DNA of 64,000 bases, taken from the IMG/VR virus record IMGVR_UViG_3300032287_000965, positions 2,343 through 66,342 of that record; one strand, 5' to 3'. Source of the stretch: a virus. The notes beneath the pieces are model-generated. The model did not search any database and had not been told where the DNA came from. It worked only from the letters and a program-made list of their open reading frames with translations. This document shows positions 25,871 to 33,745 of this stretch, one piece after another. Numbering within the stretch: the stretch's first letter is position 1; the number at the start of each line of letters is the position of its first letter. A program made the position numbers and the translations under genes.

Positions 25871-26155
25871 ATGACTGAAGAATTTAACAAGTGGTGGGAT
25901 TCAGACGCCGTGACACGTGACGCATCTTACGGCAGGTGGGACGCGGATAATATTCCCAAGAACAATCCGTATAGTGTAGACACCCCTGTCTACTGGGCAT
26001 GGGAAGGATGGCAAGCGGCGTTGAAAGTAAAGCGCGAATGGCAGGGGCTGACGGATGGTGAGATTGACGCTTTGCATAAAAAAGATCGGGCATGGCCTCT
26101 GTATTCAAACATTGCCAGAGACATCGAAGCCAAGCTAAAGGAGAAGAACACATGA
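25871..26155 (+). CDS. Hypothetical protein ending W.GLTD.EI...KLKEKNT
   Basis: AAGGAGAAGCAAATG RBS; C-terminal module shared with the next gene. Confidence 0.7.
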   Translation: MTEEFNKWWDSDAVTRDASYGRWDADNIPKNNPYSVDTPVYWAWEGWQAALKVKREWQGLTDGEIDALHKKDRAWPLYSNIARDIEAKLKEKNT

Positions 26156-26367
26156 GCGAATGTCCGAACTGCGAACGATACAAAGAGAGCGCCAAGAATT
26201 GGCGGCACAAAGCGTATGAGTTATCCGGTCACCCATTGCCGTGGGATCGTGGCGATACATGGGTAGGGCTGACGGATGAGGAAATAAAAGAAATACTGGA
26301 CTGCGGCAGACCTGACTTAGTCAACATTAAAAAAGCAGAGCAAAAGCTGAAGGAGAAGAACACTTGA
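26152..26367 (+). CDS. Hypothetical protein ending W.GLTD.EI...KLKEKNT
   Basis: Start trimmed to ATG 26152 (MSECPNC). Confidence 0.7.
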   Translation: MSECPNCERYKESAKNWRHKAYELSGHPLPWDRGDTWVGLTDEEIKEILDCGRPDLVNIKKAEQKLKEKNT

Positions 26368-28337
26368 GTAAACCATACGAACGAATCATCGTACTTGACT
26401 TCGAGACTGCATGGGGGCGGGCTGTGAAGCTTGGCTTCTCTTGCCAGACGAACGAAGAGTACCTGCGTGACCCACGCTTCAAAGCATGGGGGTTGTGTTG
26501 GAAGGACTACGGTGACCCGTTACCTGCCACATGGGTACGTGGCCGTGACATCGAGAAGTGGGCGAAAGATTTTGACTGGAGTAAGACCGCAGTCGTTGCT
26601 CAGAACGCGCTGTTCGATGTGTCCATACTGGCGTGGGTGTACGGCTGTCATCCTGCGTTTATCTTTGACACGCTGTCCATGGGTCGTGCTGTGCGCGGTG
26701 TCGAGGCTGGCAACAGCTTGAAGAAGATGGCAGAGGACTTCGGTCTTGAGGCCAAGGGGCAGGGGCTGGCTTCGTCAGAGAACTACCTTGACGAGTTACC
26801 GTTCCACGTTGAGCAGGAGTTGGCGGATTACTGCCGCCATGATGTGTACCTGTGCGAAGAAATCTTTAAGCGTTTAGTCGATGGCTACCCTGCATCTGAG
26901 TTACGGTTAATCGACATGACGCTAAAGATGTACACCCAACCACGCTTGGTGCTCGATGAGCAGATGCTGTTCCAAGCCATTGAAGAAGAAAGGACAACAC
27001 GTGAAGAACTTTTGGCGCGACTTAACGTGGACGATGCAACGCTGGCGAGTAACCCTAAGTTCGCGGATATTTTGGCTTCGCTGGGATGTGCAGTTCCATA
27101 CAAGAAGAGTAAGACGACAGGTAAGCAGACGCTTGCACTTGCTAAGAATGACGCTATGTTCCAAGCACTATTGCATAGCGACAAAGAAGATGTCCGACTC
27201 TTATGCGAAGCACGACTGCGAGTTAAATCTACGACTGAGCGCACACGAGCGCAAAGATTCTTAGACATCTCAAGCCGTGGTCCACTGCCCGTACCGCTTG
27301 CCTACTACGGTGCGACTACTGGGCGGTGGACGGCAGCCAAGGGGAGCGCAATCAACATGCAGAACCTAAAGCGTGGCAGCTTCTTGCGCAAGGCGATCAT
27401 GGCTCCTGATGGGTACGCACTGGTCGTGGGTGACTTGTCTCAGATCGAGCCGAGGGTGTTGGCATGGCTGTCGGACTACGACGAGATGCTGGGTATCTTC
27501 CGCGCAGGGGTAGACCCCTACGCTGCCTTCGGGGCGCAGATGTTTCGTATCCCTAACATGACCAAGGACAGCCATCCAGAGCTACGGCAGAGCGCTAAGT
27601 CAGCGTTGCTTGGCTGTGGGTATGGGTTGGGTTGGGCAAGCTTTGCCAGCCAGTTGCTGACCGGCTTTCTGGGCGCTCCTCCTGTGCGATACGAGGCGAC
27701 ATTTGCCAGACAGTTGGGAGCTAACCAGAAACTTGCAGAAGAGTTTTTGAGTTGGCAGGACACCGAGGCCAAGCTGCGGGACATCCCCCACACATGTAGC
27801 TTGAAAGAGTTGGTGTATCACGCCATCGCAGCCAAGCGCATCATCGACATCTACCGCAAGACCGCCTACCCGGTTGTTTCCTTTTGGGAAATGTGTACAG
27901 GCTTGATCGAGCGCAGTCTTTACGGTGGCGAGGAGTTCGTGTATAAATGTCTAATCTTCCGTAAGGGCGAGATTGAATTGCCCAACGGAATGAAACTGCT
28001 TTATCCAGACTTACGCATCGAACCAGACGATAAAGGTAGGAGCCAGTGGGTATACGGGCCAGACGCTACCAAGTTGTACGCAGGTAAAGTAACAAACAAT
28101 GTTACTCAGGCATTGGCACGTATTGTGATGACTGATGGGATGCTGCGGGTATCTAAAAGATACCCTGTGGTTGGCACCGTCCATGATGAACAGATCGCCA
28201 TGGTGCCGGAAGGAGAAGCCGCTGAAGCCTTAGATTGGGTTTTGGCGCAGATGACTATGGAGCCTTCATACATGCGGGGGATTCCGTTATCAGCAGATGG
28301 TGGTACACACAAGCGGTATGGCATGGCTAAGAACTAA
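26364..28337 (+). CDS. polA: Family A DNA polymerase with 3'-5' exonuclease (Leu762 type)
   Basis: ExoI LDFET, ExoII QNALFD, ExoIII YCRHD; TGRW, NMQN; motif A DLSQIEPR; motif B RQSAKSALLGCGYG; motif C VHDE. Confidence 0.93.
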   Translation: MSKPYERIIVLDFETAWGRAVKLGFSCQTNEEYLRDPRFKAWGLCWKDYGDPLPATWVRGRDIEKWAKDFDWSKTAVVAQNALFDVSILAWVYGCHPAFIFDTLSMGRAVRGVEAGNSLKKMAEDFGLEAKGQGLASSENYLDELPFHVEQELADYCRHDVYLCEEIFKRLVDGYPASELRLIDMTLKMYTQPRLVLDEQMLFQAIEEERTTREELLARLNVDDATLASNPKFADILASLGCAVPYKKSKTTGKQTLALAKNDAMFQALLHSDKEDVRLLCEARLRVKSTTERTRAQRFLDISSRGPLPVPLAYYGATTGRWTAAKGSAINMQNLKRGSFLRKAIMAPDGYALVVGDLSQIEPRVLAWLSDYDEMLGIFRAGVDPYAAFGAQMFRIPNMTKDSHPELRQSAKSALLGCGYGLGWASFASQLLTGFLGAPPVRYEATFARQLGANQKLAEEFLSWQDTEAKLRDIPHTCSLKELVYHAIAAKRIIDIYRKTAYPVVSFWEMCTGLIERSLYGGEEFVYKCLIFRKGEIELPNGMKLLYPDLRIEPDDKGRSQWVYGPDATKLYAGKVTNNVTQALARIVMTDGMLRVSKRYPVVGTVHDEQIAMVPEGEAAEALDWVLAQMTMEPSYMRGIPLSADGGTHKRYGMAKN

Positions 28338-28348
28338 AGGAGAAGCAA

Positions 28349-28678
28349 TTGGATAAAACCAGAAAACAGAAGTTAGAGTTACCACGCAAGATCAGAGTAG
28401 GTAGGAAGCTGTACACCGTTGACATATTGGAGACGATGCTGAAAGACGGTGACATGGCGCGAGTGCATTACGACCGCAACCGTATTGAGCTTGGCAAGAA
28501 GAGCAGCGTCACTGGTAGGCGGTACTCAAGAAAAGAAATGAACGATTCGTTCTGGCATGAGTTGGTACATGCCATCCTGTACGACATGGATGAGCACCGA
28601 CTTAACCGCAACGAGAAGTTTGTTACCGAGTTTGCCCACCGGCTGTCAGAAGCCATTGACTCTGCGAGGTTTGAATGA
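28349..28678 (+). CDS. HExxH metallopeptidase-like protein
   Basis: FWHELVHAIL...NE.FV; TTG start after AAAGGAGAAGCAA. Confidence 0.65.
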   Translation: MDKTRKQKLELPRKIRVGRKLYTVDILETMLKDGDMARVHYDRNRIELGKKSSVTGRRYSRKEMNDSFWHELVHAILYDMDEHRLNRNEKFVTEFAHRLSEAIDSARFE

Positions 28679-28926
28679 TTACCGAAATTTACTACGATGA
28701 AGAAAATAAAAAAATAAGAATGGAAACGTACAGGGCGGTTGCAATTAAGCCGTATCCCAACAGCACCGAGGGTGCTTTCCCATTACACGCTAAAGACTGC
28801 CCACACAAGGGTGAAGTTTCCTGCTTTACACAAAGCTGGTCATCCGTCTGCGGTGGGTACATGGGTCATGCAGGACTCGCGGTTATTCGTTGCCAAGAAC
28901 CCTTGAGAGATACCGATGAAAAATAA
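28675..28926 (+). CDS. Hypothetical protein
   Basis: 83 aa, coupled to neighbours; AT-rich 5' end. Confidence 0.55.
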   Translation: MITEIYYDEENKKIRMETYRAVAIKPYPNSTEGAFPLHAKDCPHKGEVSCFTQSWSSVCGGYMGHAGLAVIRCQEPLRDTDEK

Positions 28927-29584
28927 AGTCGTCTGGTCGCACAGTGCCTTGAAGGATTACGAGGGCTGTGCCAAGCGTTACCAAGAAGTTCGTGTCTTGA
29001 AGAACTACCAGTTCAAAGAGACCGAGGCCACCAAGTACGGCACCGAACTTCACAAGGCAGCAGAGGACTACGTGCGGGATGGTACCCCCATCCCAGAGCA
29101 GTTCGCCTTCGTCAAAGACACGCTCGATGCATTGGTGGCCAAGCCGGGTAGGAAGCTATGCGAATACCAGATGGCGCTGACCATTGACCTAAACCCATGC
29201 GGCTGGAAGGATGAGGCTGTGTGGGTCAGGGGTATCGCAGACTTACTGATTATTGATGACGACAACCTAACAGCTTGGATTGTGGACTACAAGACAGGCA
29301 ACAACAAATACCCAGACCGAGAGCAGTTAAAGCTCATGGCCATGATGGTGTTTGCGCACTTCCCGCACATTCGCAAAGTGAATGCTGCGCTGTTGTTCGT
29401 AGTAAAGAATGACATGGTCAAGCTGAGTATGACCGTGGACGAAGCAGAACCCGCGTGGTGGGATTACAGAGAGCGCATCGCTCGTATCGAGCAGGCTCAT
29501 GCAACAGGCGTATGGAACCCAAGACCTTCTCCACTATGCCCGTGGTGTCCTGTAACCACCTGTGCCAACCATCCAAGGAGTTAA
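28916..29584 (+). CDS. PD-(D/E)XK exonuclease (RecB/Cas4-like)
   Basis: WS.S....Y..C, GT.LH, E, G.AD, VDYKTG, QL, C-terminal C.WC....C. Confidence 0.85.
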   Translation: MKNKVVWSHSALKDYEGCAKRYQEVRVLKNYQFKETEATKYGTELHKAAEDYVRDGTPIPEQFAFVKDTLDALVAKPGRKLCEYQMALTIDLNPCGWKDEAVWVRGIADLLIIDDDNLTAWIVDYKTGNNKYPDREQLKLMAMMVFAHFPHIRKVNAALLFVVKNDMVKLSMTVDEAEPAWWDYRERIARIEQAHATGVWNPRPSPLCPWCPVTTCANHPRS

Positions 29585-29586
29585 TT

Positions 29587-29841
29587 ATGTTTAGTTGTGG
29601 CTGCGAAGTAGAACATATGAGTATTGATTTCAACAGCAACACCGGTTCTTTGCACGTATCAGAAGGACAAACACCCAACATACAACAAACAGCACAGGCT
29701 TTTGTTGCGATAGATGAAAACATAAAGCGAATTAATGTTTATGTGGATGGCGTGTTAGACGTAGTACTTCTATACATACCCGCGCACAATTCATGGGTTG
29801 CCACTCCCCCAACTCAACCAGTTTTTGGAGAAATTAAATGA
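29587..29841 (+). CDS. Hypothetical protein (AT-rich insert)
   Basis: Start trimmed to ATG 29587 after AAGGAG. Confidence 0.6.
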   Translation: MFSCGCEVEHMSIDFNSNTGSLHVSEGQTPNIQQTAQAFVAIDENIKRINVYVDGVLDVVLLYIPAHNSWVATPPTQPVFGEIK

Positions 29842-30068
29842 CACGCAACTACAAGTCCGAGTACGAAAACTACCACGGCAAGCCAGAGCAAGTTAAAAAC
29901 CGTGCCGAGCGAGTCAAAGCTAGGCGCATGATGGAGAAGACGGGCGCTGTTACTAAAGGTGATGGCAAAGATGTAGACCACAAGAAGCCGCTGCGTTCAG
30001 GCGGCACAACCACAAAGAGCAACCTCAGAGTTCGCAGCAAGTCAGCAAACAGAAGTGATAATAAATAG
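29838..30068 (+). CDS. Small HNH-like protein
   Basis: DVDHKKPL..GG.....NLRV.....NR. Confidence 0.7.
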   Translation: MTRNYKSEYENYHGKPEQVKNRAERVKARRMMEKTGAVTKGDGKDVDHKKPLRSGGTTTKSNLRVRSKSANRSDNK

Positions 30069-30077
30069 GGGAAGTAA

Positions 30078-31640
30078 ATGCAGATCGTCGATAACAAAGC
30101 GTTGCTCTTTCGCACTCGCAACCCCGATAAGTATCGGGTAATTCCTAAACATAAAATACTCAACAAAAGCGCTGACGGTACATCAGAAATCGCTGTTTAC
30201 TGGGGGCTAGATGAAGTACGTGTACTCAAGAATCTCGGTGTCAAAAATGTCCCGTCGCCAATTACTCGTCGGTATGCTTGGCCCGGAAAGTATAAACCTA
30301 TGGCACACCAGATTGAAACGGCGGCGTTTCTCACTATGCATAAGAAGGCGTTTGTGTTCTCGGAGCCGGGAACTGGCAAGACTCTATCGGCTCTTTGGGC
30401 GGCGGACTACTTGATGCAACGTGGGGATGTACGGCGCTGTCTCATTCTGTGCCCGCTCTCCATCATGCAGTCAGCATGGCTAGGTGACTTGAACAACAGC
30501 ATCATCCATCGCTCTGCCGTTATCGCGCACCACGCGCAAGCTAGTCGCCGTATCGAGATGGTTCAGCAAGACTACGAGTTCGTGATCGCTAACTACGATG
30601 GCTTGAATCTTATTGCGGATGAGATCATCAACGATGGTCGCTTTGATCTAATCATTGTCGATGAAGCCAACGCATACAAGACCATGACCACCAAGCGTTG
30701 GAAGGCGTTGAAGTCTATTGTCGGACCCAACACCCACCTGTGGATGATGACGGGTACGCCAGCATCGCAGTCACCTGCGGATGCGTACGGCTTGGCGCGT
30801 CTGGTCAACCCTGATGGTGTGCCTAAGTTCTTCACAGGCTGGCGCGATAAGGTCATGAACAAAGTCACGCAGTTTAAGTGGGTGCCCAAGGCCAGCGCAG
30901 CGCAGGATGTTCACGAAGCCTTGCAGCCCGCCATACGCTTTACCAAAGAGCAGTGCCTTGACTTGCCACCAGTACTCACCATGACGCGAGAGGTACCACT
31001 GACACCACAGCAAGCCAAGTACTACAACCTGCTGAAGGAACGCATGATGGTGCAAGCAGCAGGGGAGACCATCACTGCTGTGAATGCCGCTGCCGGGGTA
31101 TCTAAGCTCTTGCAAATATCATGCGGTGCAGCATACACGGACGACAAAGAAGTCATTGAGTTCGATGCTGCCCCACGCCTCTCAGTGCTGGAGGAAATAC
31201 TGGAAGAGACCTCGCGCAAGGTCATCATCTTCGCTTTGTTCCGCAGCACCATCAGCACCATACACACGCACTTGCTCAAAAGAAACATCACTGCCGAGGT
31301 CATCCACGGTGACATCACACCGCCCAAACGCGCAGACATTATTCGACGTTTCCAGACAGAGAAAGACCCACGAGTGCTTGTCATGCAGCCTCAAGCAACT
31401 GCACACGGTATCACTCTGACTGCGGCTGACACGGTGGTGTTCTTCGGTCCGTTGATGTCTGTTGAACAATATATCCAGTGCATCGCACGGGCTGACCGCA
31501 AGGGGCAGAACTCAGACAAAGTCACTGTCATTCACATTCAAGGCAGTCCGATTGAGAAGCGTATGTTCAAGGCGCTGGAGGGCAAGGTCACAGATAACAC
31601 TCTGTTAACGGAGATGTTCAACGCTGAAATAAAAACGTGA
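30078..31640 (+). CDS. SNF2-family (SF2) helicase
   Basis: Q motif HQ, Walker A EPGTGKT, Walker B IVDEA, MTGTP, GITLT.A, Q..AR..R.GQ. Confidence 0.9.
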   Translation: MQIVDNKALLFRTRNPDKYRVIPKHKILNKSADGTSEIAVYWGLDEVRVLKNLGVKNVPSPITRRYAWPGKYKPMAHQIETAAFLTMHKKAFVFSEPGTGKTLSALWAADYLMQRGDVRRCLILCPLSIMQSAWLGDLNNSIIHRSAVIAHHAQASRRIEMVQQDYEFVIANYDGLNLIADEIINDGRFDLIIVDEANAYKTMTTKRWKALKSIVGPNTHLWMMTGTPASQSPADAYGLARLVNPDGVPKFFTGWRDKVMNKVTQFKWVPKASAAQDVHEALQPAIRFTKEQCLDLPPVLTMTREVPLTPQQAKYYNLLKERMMVQAAGETITAVNAAAGVSKLLQISCGAAYTDDKEVIEFDAAPRLSVLEEILEETSRKVIIFALFRSTISTIHTHLLKRNITAEVIHGDITPPKRADIIRRFQTEKDPRVLVMQPQATAHGITLTAADTVVFFGPLMSVEQYIQCIARADRKGQNSDKVTVIHIQGSPIEKRMFKALEGKVTDNTLLTEMFNAEIKT

Positions 31641-31647
31641 AAGGGGG

Positions 31648-31691
31648 TTGCAATCAAAACCAAACCACAGTAATCTGTCAAACGCTAGACA
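31648..31691 (+). promoter_or_regulatory. sigma70-type promoter with overlapping TGTC-N8-GACA operator (copy 2)
   Basis: TTGCAA (31648), 17 nt, TAATCT (31671); TGTCAAACGCTAGACA at 31676-91 covers the predicted TSS. Confidence 0.55.
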
Positions 31692-31710
31692 AAAACAATA
31701 GGAGAAGCAA

Positions 31711-32115
31711 ATGAGTGACGAGATCATTCCGCTGGATAAACTCGCAAAAATTTATCGCAAGATAAAGACGGAGATCGACACGCTGACGCAAGAGTACGAC
31801 ACCAAGTTGGAACAACTCAAAGCACAGCAAGACGAACTTCGTTTCGCAATGAAAGACCAGATGAAAGCGCTTGGCGTCAAGTCGGTCAACACCACCTTCG
31901 GTACCGTGTCATTGGTAAACAAAACCCGTTACAACACACAGGACTGGGACTCGTTCAAGAAGTTCATCATCGAGCACGATGTCGTTGACCTGTTGGAGAA
32001 ACGGATTGCGCAAGCCAACATGGCGCGGTTCCTTGAAGAAAATCCGGCGCTTGTACCACCCGGATTAAACGCGTACACGGACTTCGAAGTTCGTGTGACT
32101 AAACCTACTAAGTGA
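31711..32115 (+). CDS. Coiled-coil replication-module protein (Gam-like architecture)
   Basis: N-terminal coiled coil; S..T..GTV, DW..F..FI, PPG motifs. Confidence 0.55.
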   Translation: MSDEIIPLDKLAKIYRKIKTEIDTLTQEYDTKLEQLKAQQDELRFAMKDQMKALGVKSVNTTFGTVSLVNKTRYNTQDWDSFKKFIIEHDVVDLLEKRIAQANMARFLEENPALVPPGLNAYTDFEVRVTKPTK

Positions 32116-32123
32116 GAATCTAT

Positions 32124-33077
32124 ATGTCCGATCTAACTGTATTCAATCCCGCACAAGTACCCGACTTCGCACGTAACAACGAACTGTCTGAAACCGCACT
32201 GGCTCTTACCGGTGGTGGCACTGGTGGTAGCGTCAAGCGCATCTCGATCAAGGGCGGCGTGTTCCGTCTGGTGTCGGGTGGTAAAGAGATTGCTGCCATC
32301 GAAGACCGTCACCTCGATGTGATTATCGTCAAAGCCGCACCCAAGGTCAGCCGTATTTTTTACGCTGGTGCATACGATAAGGATGCTGCCGCTGCTGCGC
32401 CTGACTGCTGGTCTAACGATGGTGAGAAGCCTGATGCTGGTGCGAGAAACAAACAAGCGCAGACCTGCCTGTCGTGCCCACAGAACCAAGCCGGTTCGGG
32501 TCAGGGTAATAGCCGCGCTTGCCGTTATCAGCAGCGTCTGGCTGTGGTGTTGGAGAACAACCCCGGCGGTGATGTCATGCAGTTGACGTTGCCAGCGACA
32601 TCGGTGTTCGGTAAGGAAGACGGCGACAAGCGTCCGCTTCAGGCATTTGCGCGTCATCTGGCCTTGTCCAACCCGCCGATCAACCCAGAGCAGATCGTTA
32701 CCCGCATGAAGTTCGATACCAAAGCGGAGTCACCCAAGCTGTTCTTTGCTCCGATCCGTTGGTTGACCAATGACGAGTACGCCGTGGTCAAGACGCAAGC
32801 TGACAGCACTGACGCACAACGTGCAGTCGTGATGACTGTGGCGCAGACAGATGGCGTGAAATCAAACGCTGCCCCTGCTCTGCCGGGTAAAGCACCTGTT
32901 GTTGAGGCTGAAGAGGAAGCACCAGCACCCAAGGCCAAGACCGCTAAGAAGAAAGCCGAAGTCGTTGAAGAAGACGAGTCCGAGCCAGAAGTTCGTAAGG
33001 ATGCTGCGAAGCCATCCGCTGTGCCTGAGAAGAAGGGCAAGCTGGCCGACATCGTGGCTGACTGGGACGACGAGTAA
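32124..33077 (+). CDS. ssDNA-binding/annealing protein (putative)
   Basis: Cys cluster (PDCWS...C.SCP.N..GS...RAC), low-complexity linker, acidic C-terminal tail ADWDDE; replication context. Confidence 0.55.
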   Translation: MSDLTVFNPAQVPDFARNNELSETALALTGGGTGGSVKRISIKGGVFRLVSGGKEIAAIEDRHLDVIIVKAAPKVSRIFYAGAYDKDAAAAAPDCWSNDGEKPDAGARNKQAQTCLSCPQNQAGSGQGNSRACRYQQRLAVVLENNPGGDVMQLTLPATSVFGKEDGDKRPLQAFARHLALSNPPINPEQIVTRMKFDTKAESPKLFFAPIRWLTNDEYAVVKTQADSTDAQRAVVMTVAQTDGVKSNAAPALPGKAPVVEAEEEAPAPKAKTAKKKAEVVEEDESEPEVRKDAAKPSAVPEKKGKLADIVADWDDE

Positions 33078-33082
33078 GTTCA

Positions 33083-33160
33083 TGGGGGAAAGCGGATGCT
33101 GTGTGCGCCACGCCGGTAAATAACTGGATGTAATGCGGCACAGACGCAGCGAGTACCCCA
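33083..33160 (+). ncRNA. Candidate structured RNA, long hairpin with loop-E-like motif
   Basis: TGGGG/CCCCA, GAA opposite AGTA, CTGTGT/GCACAG, CCGGT/ACTGG nested pairings. Confidence 0.5.
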
Positions 33161-33167
33161 CCCAATA

Positions 33168-33250
33168 GCCCAGCCGGAGGTGGCGCTAATAACACCGGCA
33201 GCGGGGGCTGGGCATCCTTTCGGAAAGTTTCACAGGCTCAGTGACCCCGC
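33168..33250 (+). ncRNA. Candidate structured RNA with alternative folds
   Basis: GCCGG..GTG/CACCGGC plus GCGGGG.CTGGGC/GCTCAG...CCCCGC hairpins; competing GCCCAGCC/GGCTGGGC helix. Confidence 0.45.
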
Positions 33251-33273
33251 ACTTCTAACCACACATAAACCAC

Positions 33274-33555
33274 ATGGCCTACTCTCAAAAAATAATAGAT
33301 GCCGTTGCAGCAGCGCCTAAGACACCGGGCAACCAGCTTGGGCGTTGGGCTATCTATTTGGAATTTCCTGTAACCAAGATTGCATACGTGCTTGGTGTGA
33401 CACGACAGACTGTTTATAACTGGATGATGGGTAAGACCGAAGTGTTTGTCGGCTACCAAGATCGTGTCGAACTGATGCTAAAGATTATGCAGTCATCTAA
33501 AACCGCGGACGAAGCATGGAGAAGAATATGCAAAGAATACAACCTAAAGCCCTGA
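33274..33555 (+). CDS. HTH DNA-binding protein (Cro/XRE-like)
   Basis: VTKIAYVLGVTRQTVYNW helix-turn-helix. Confidence 0.8.
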   Translation: MAYSQKIIDAVAAAPKTPGNQLGRWAIYLEFPVTKIAYVLGVTRQTVYNWMMGKTEVFVGYQDRVELMLKIMQSSKTADEAWRRICKEYNLKP

Positions 33556-33728
33556 CAGATAAAGAACTCCTGAGCGCATCGCTCTTGATGTTTGAACCCG
33601 ATGTCGGTATGCCCATCGACTTTCAGAAAGAACTTATTCGTCGCTTGGCTACGTTTGTTGAAGCGGCACAGATACGCGCAACAGACTACAAAACGTCAGA
33701 CCCCAACCAGCTTCCGTTGTTCGACTAA
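33528..33728 (+). CDS. Small protein with C-terminal QLPLF (clamp-binding-like) motif
   Basis: Ends DPNQLPLFD; start uncertain (33516 or 33528). Confidence 0.6.
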   Translation: MQRIQPKALTDKELLSASLLMFEPDVGMPIDFQKELIRRLATFVEAAQIRATDYKTSDPNQLPLFD

Positions 33729-33745
33729 AACAATAAAGGATAACT

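Noticed and set aside
28916-29584. Cas4 indicating a CRISPR system
   Set aside because: Stand-alone PD-(D/E)XK exonuclease in a replication module; no array or other cas genes.
33083-33250. tRNA gene or hammerhead/twister ribozyme
   Set aside because: No cloverleaf with TTCGA T-loop or CCA end, and no CUGANGA/GAAA core; retained only as unclassified structured RNA.
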